IMG/VR virus record: IMGVR_UViG_2529292977_000021
Direction: 5' to 3' (one strand)
Origin: a virus
Lineage: Duplodnaviria > Heunggongvirae > Uroviricota > Caudoviricetes
DNA length: 5,875 bases
Both the position numbers and the translations under genes were made by a program. Position 1 is the first letter of the stretch. Each line of letters opens with the position of its first letter. The notes under the pieces are model-generated. The model did no database searches, had not been told where the DNA came from, and was given only the letters and a program-made list of their open reading frames with translations. Positions 5,036-5,875 of this stretch are shown here, piece by piece.

Positions 5036-5353
5036 AAAAATACCAACCCACCCCGCCCCACAGAACGCAGGGAAATACTTCGAGTTACCCGGCAGTGGTC
5101 AGGGGTTAAGTAGCCAGCCCGAGGCGTATGAACATGACGGCAGGGTTCAACTTTAATAACTATGCAGCAGTTTTTTGTTCCGCTACCCCGGCGTTAAGGG
5201 GAAACAGAGGGTTTCTCAGTGGGCGAAGTCAAACATCAGAATGGAAGGCATCCCGGGATCGGCAAAGAAGCAGCAATGGCGCTTTATATTGACATCAGCG
5301 CCATTGCAGGACAGGTAAGAGTTATCAGAGCGGTAACTAAGCGGTATGCGCCT

Positions 5354-5554
5354 TTACTTCAGAAAGTCTCTGGTGAGTGCACCGAAGATATTGTCAACGA
5401 TTTCGTCATCGAACTGCGAGGACTCATCTTCAGTTACAAGGTGACCACAATTTTTGCAGATGGCTCCCGCGAAACTGTCAGAGCCCTGCGGCTTAAAGGA
5501 TGTGTCAAAGACTTCGCCACCACATTCTGGGCAAGAAAACTTGATTGTATTCAT
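5354..5554 (-). CDS. Small zinc-ribbon protein (CPxCG...CxxCG) with an acidic C-terminal tail
   Basis: 66 aa from ATG 5554..5552 (MNTIKFSCPECGGEVFDTSFKPQGSDSFAGAICKNCGHLVTEDESSQFDDEIVDNIFGALTRDFLK); the ORF track begins 2 codons earlier at TTG. GAGGAA lies 7 nt upstream (revcomp of 5562-5567). Codon position 1 is about 62% purine. Preferred over the overlapping plus-strand ORF 5219..5575. Confidence 0.65.
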   Translation of the reverse strand: MNTIKFSCPECGGEVFDTSFKPQGSDSFAGAICKNCGHLVTEDESSQFDDEIVDNIFGALTRDFLK

Positions 5555-5647
5555 AACCAATTTCCTCTCGAGTAACAGACCCCTCAGAGGATACCACCTC
5601 GCCTGACGTGGTTAAAAAGCAGGCAACGCTAACCACAAGGAGCCGAC

Positions 5648-5866
5648 ATGCAGAAACGAGACCCCGTCATCATCGCGCCAGACTATACCGATGATGAACT
5701 TTATGAGTGGATGCACCAGAAAATTAAGGCGGCGCAGGATCTGAAATGGGCCAATGAAGCCAGGGCTAAGCAGGCTGAAAATCTGTCCGCTCTGGAGCAG
5801 GATATCACCAATCTGGAAAAAGCAGCGGCATTAAGCATTGCCAGAATGATTACATACCCGCGTTAA
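5648..5866 (+). CDS. Small hypothetical phage protein (72 aa), possibly Kil-like (KilR-sized) early protein
   Basis: ATG 5648 preceded by AAGGAG (5637-5642) with a 5-nt spacer. Same strand as the repressor and downstream of the PL-like promoter, the position and orientation of kilR in Rac (KilR is 73 aa from memory). No motif recognised; the Kil assignment is synteny-based only. Confidence 0.6.
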   Translation: MQKRDPVIIAPDYTDDELYEWMHQKIKAAQDLKWANEARAKQAENLSALEQDITNLEKAAALSIARMITYPR

Positions 5867-5875
5867 TAGCTAACC

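Larger units (their letters stand above)
1..5875. mobile_element. Lambdoid (Rac-like) prophage early region: replication module, divergent immunity region, TA cassette and PL-like side
   Basis: Gene order and orientation match the Rac/lambda early region (cro-like, cII-like, initiator, dnaC-like on one strand; repressor divergent). Protein families were recognised by reading the translations, not by search. Confidence 0.75.

Noticed and set aside
5128-5292. Unlisted 54-aa Arg-rich ORF in the PL-like leader, considered as an N-like antiterminator
   Set aside because: The SD spacing is too short (GAGG 3 nt from ATG), there is no clear arginine-rich N-terminal motif, and I could not identify a convincing nut-like boxA/boxB. 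Kept only as a weak possibility.
1-5875. Searched by eye for tRNA, CRISPR repeats, IS terminal inverted repeats, and Chi (GCTGGTGG) sites
   Set aside because: None found. The closest Chi-like string is tctggtgg near 1614-1621, one mismatch from Chi.

Overview
This window reads as the early-control and replication region of a lambdoid, Rac-like prophage from an enterobacterium; all calls rest on reading the sequence and recalled family knowledge, with no searches run. On the minus strand, right to left, sits one operon: Cro-like YdaS, CII-like YdaT, an unknown ORF, a replication initiator with internal iteron-like repeats, a DnaC-like helicase loader, and a 3'-truncated gene with two HTH-like modules. 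Diverging from it on the plus strand is an HTH regulator (PaaR2-like) followed by a PaaA2-type antitoxin and a ParE toxin, sitting where lambda carries cI-rexAB. The two flanking intergenic regions share operator-like motifs, suggesting an OR/OL pair. Further right are a small zinc-ribbon gene (minus) and a 72-aa Kil-sized ORF (plus). The most unexplained items are an antisense ORF pair between the cII-like gene and the initiator, and the periodic AAGCCCCTT repeats inside the initiator gene. No tRNA, rRNA, CRISPR or IS element was seen.
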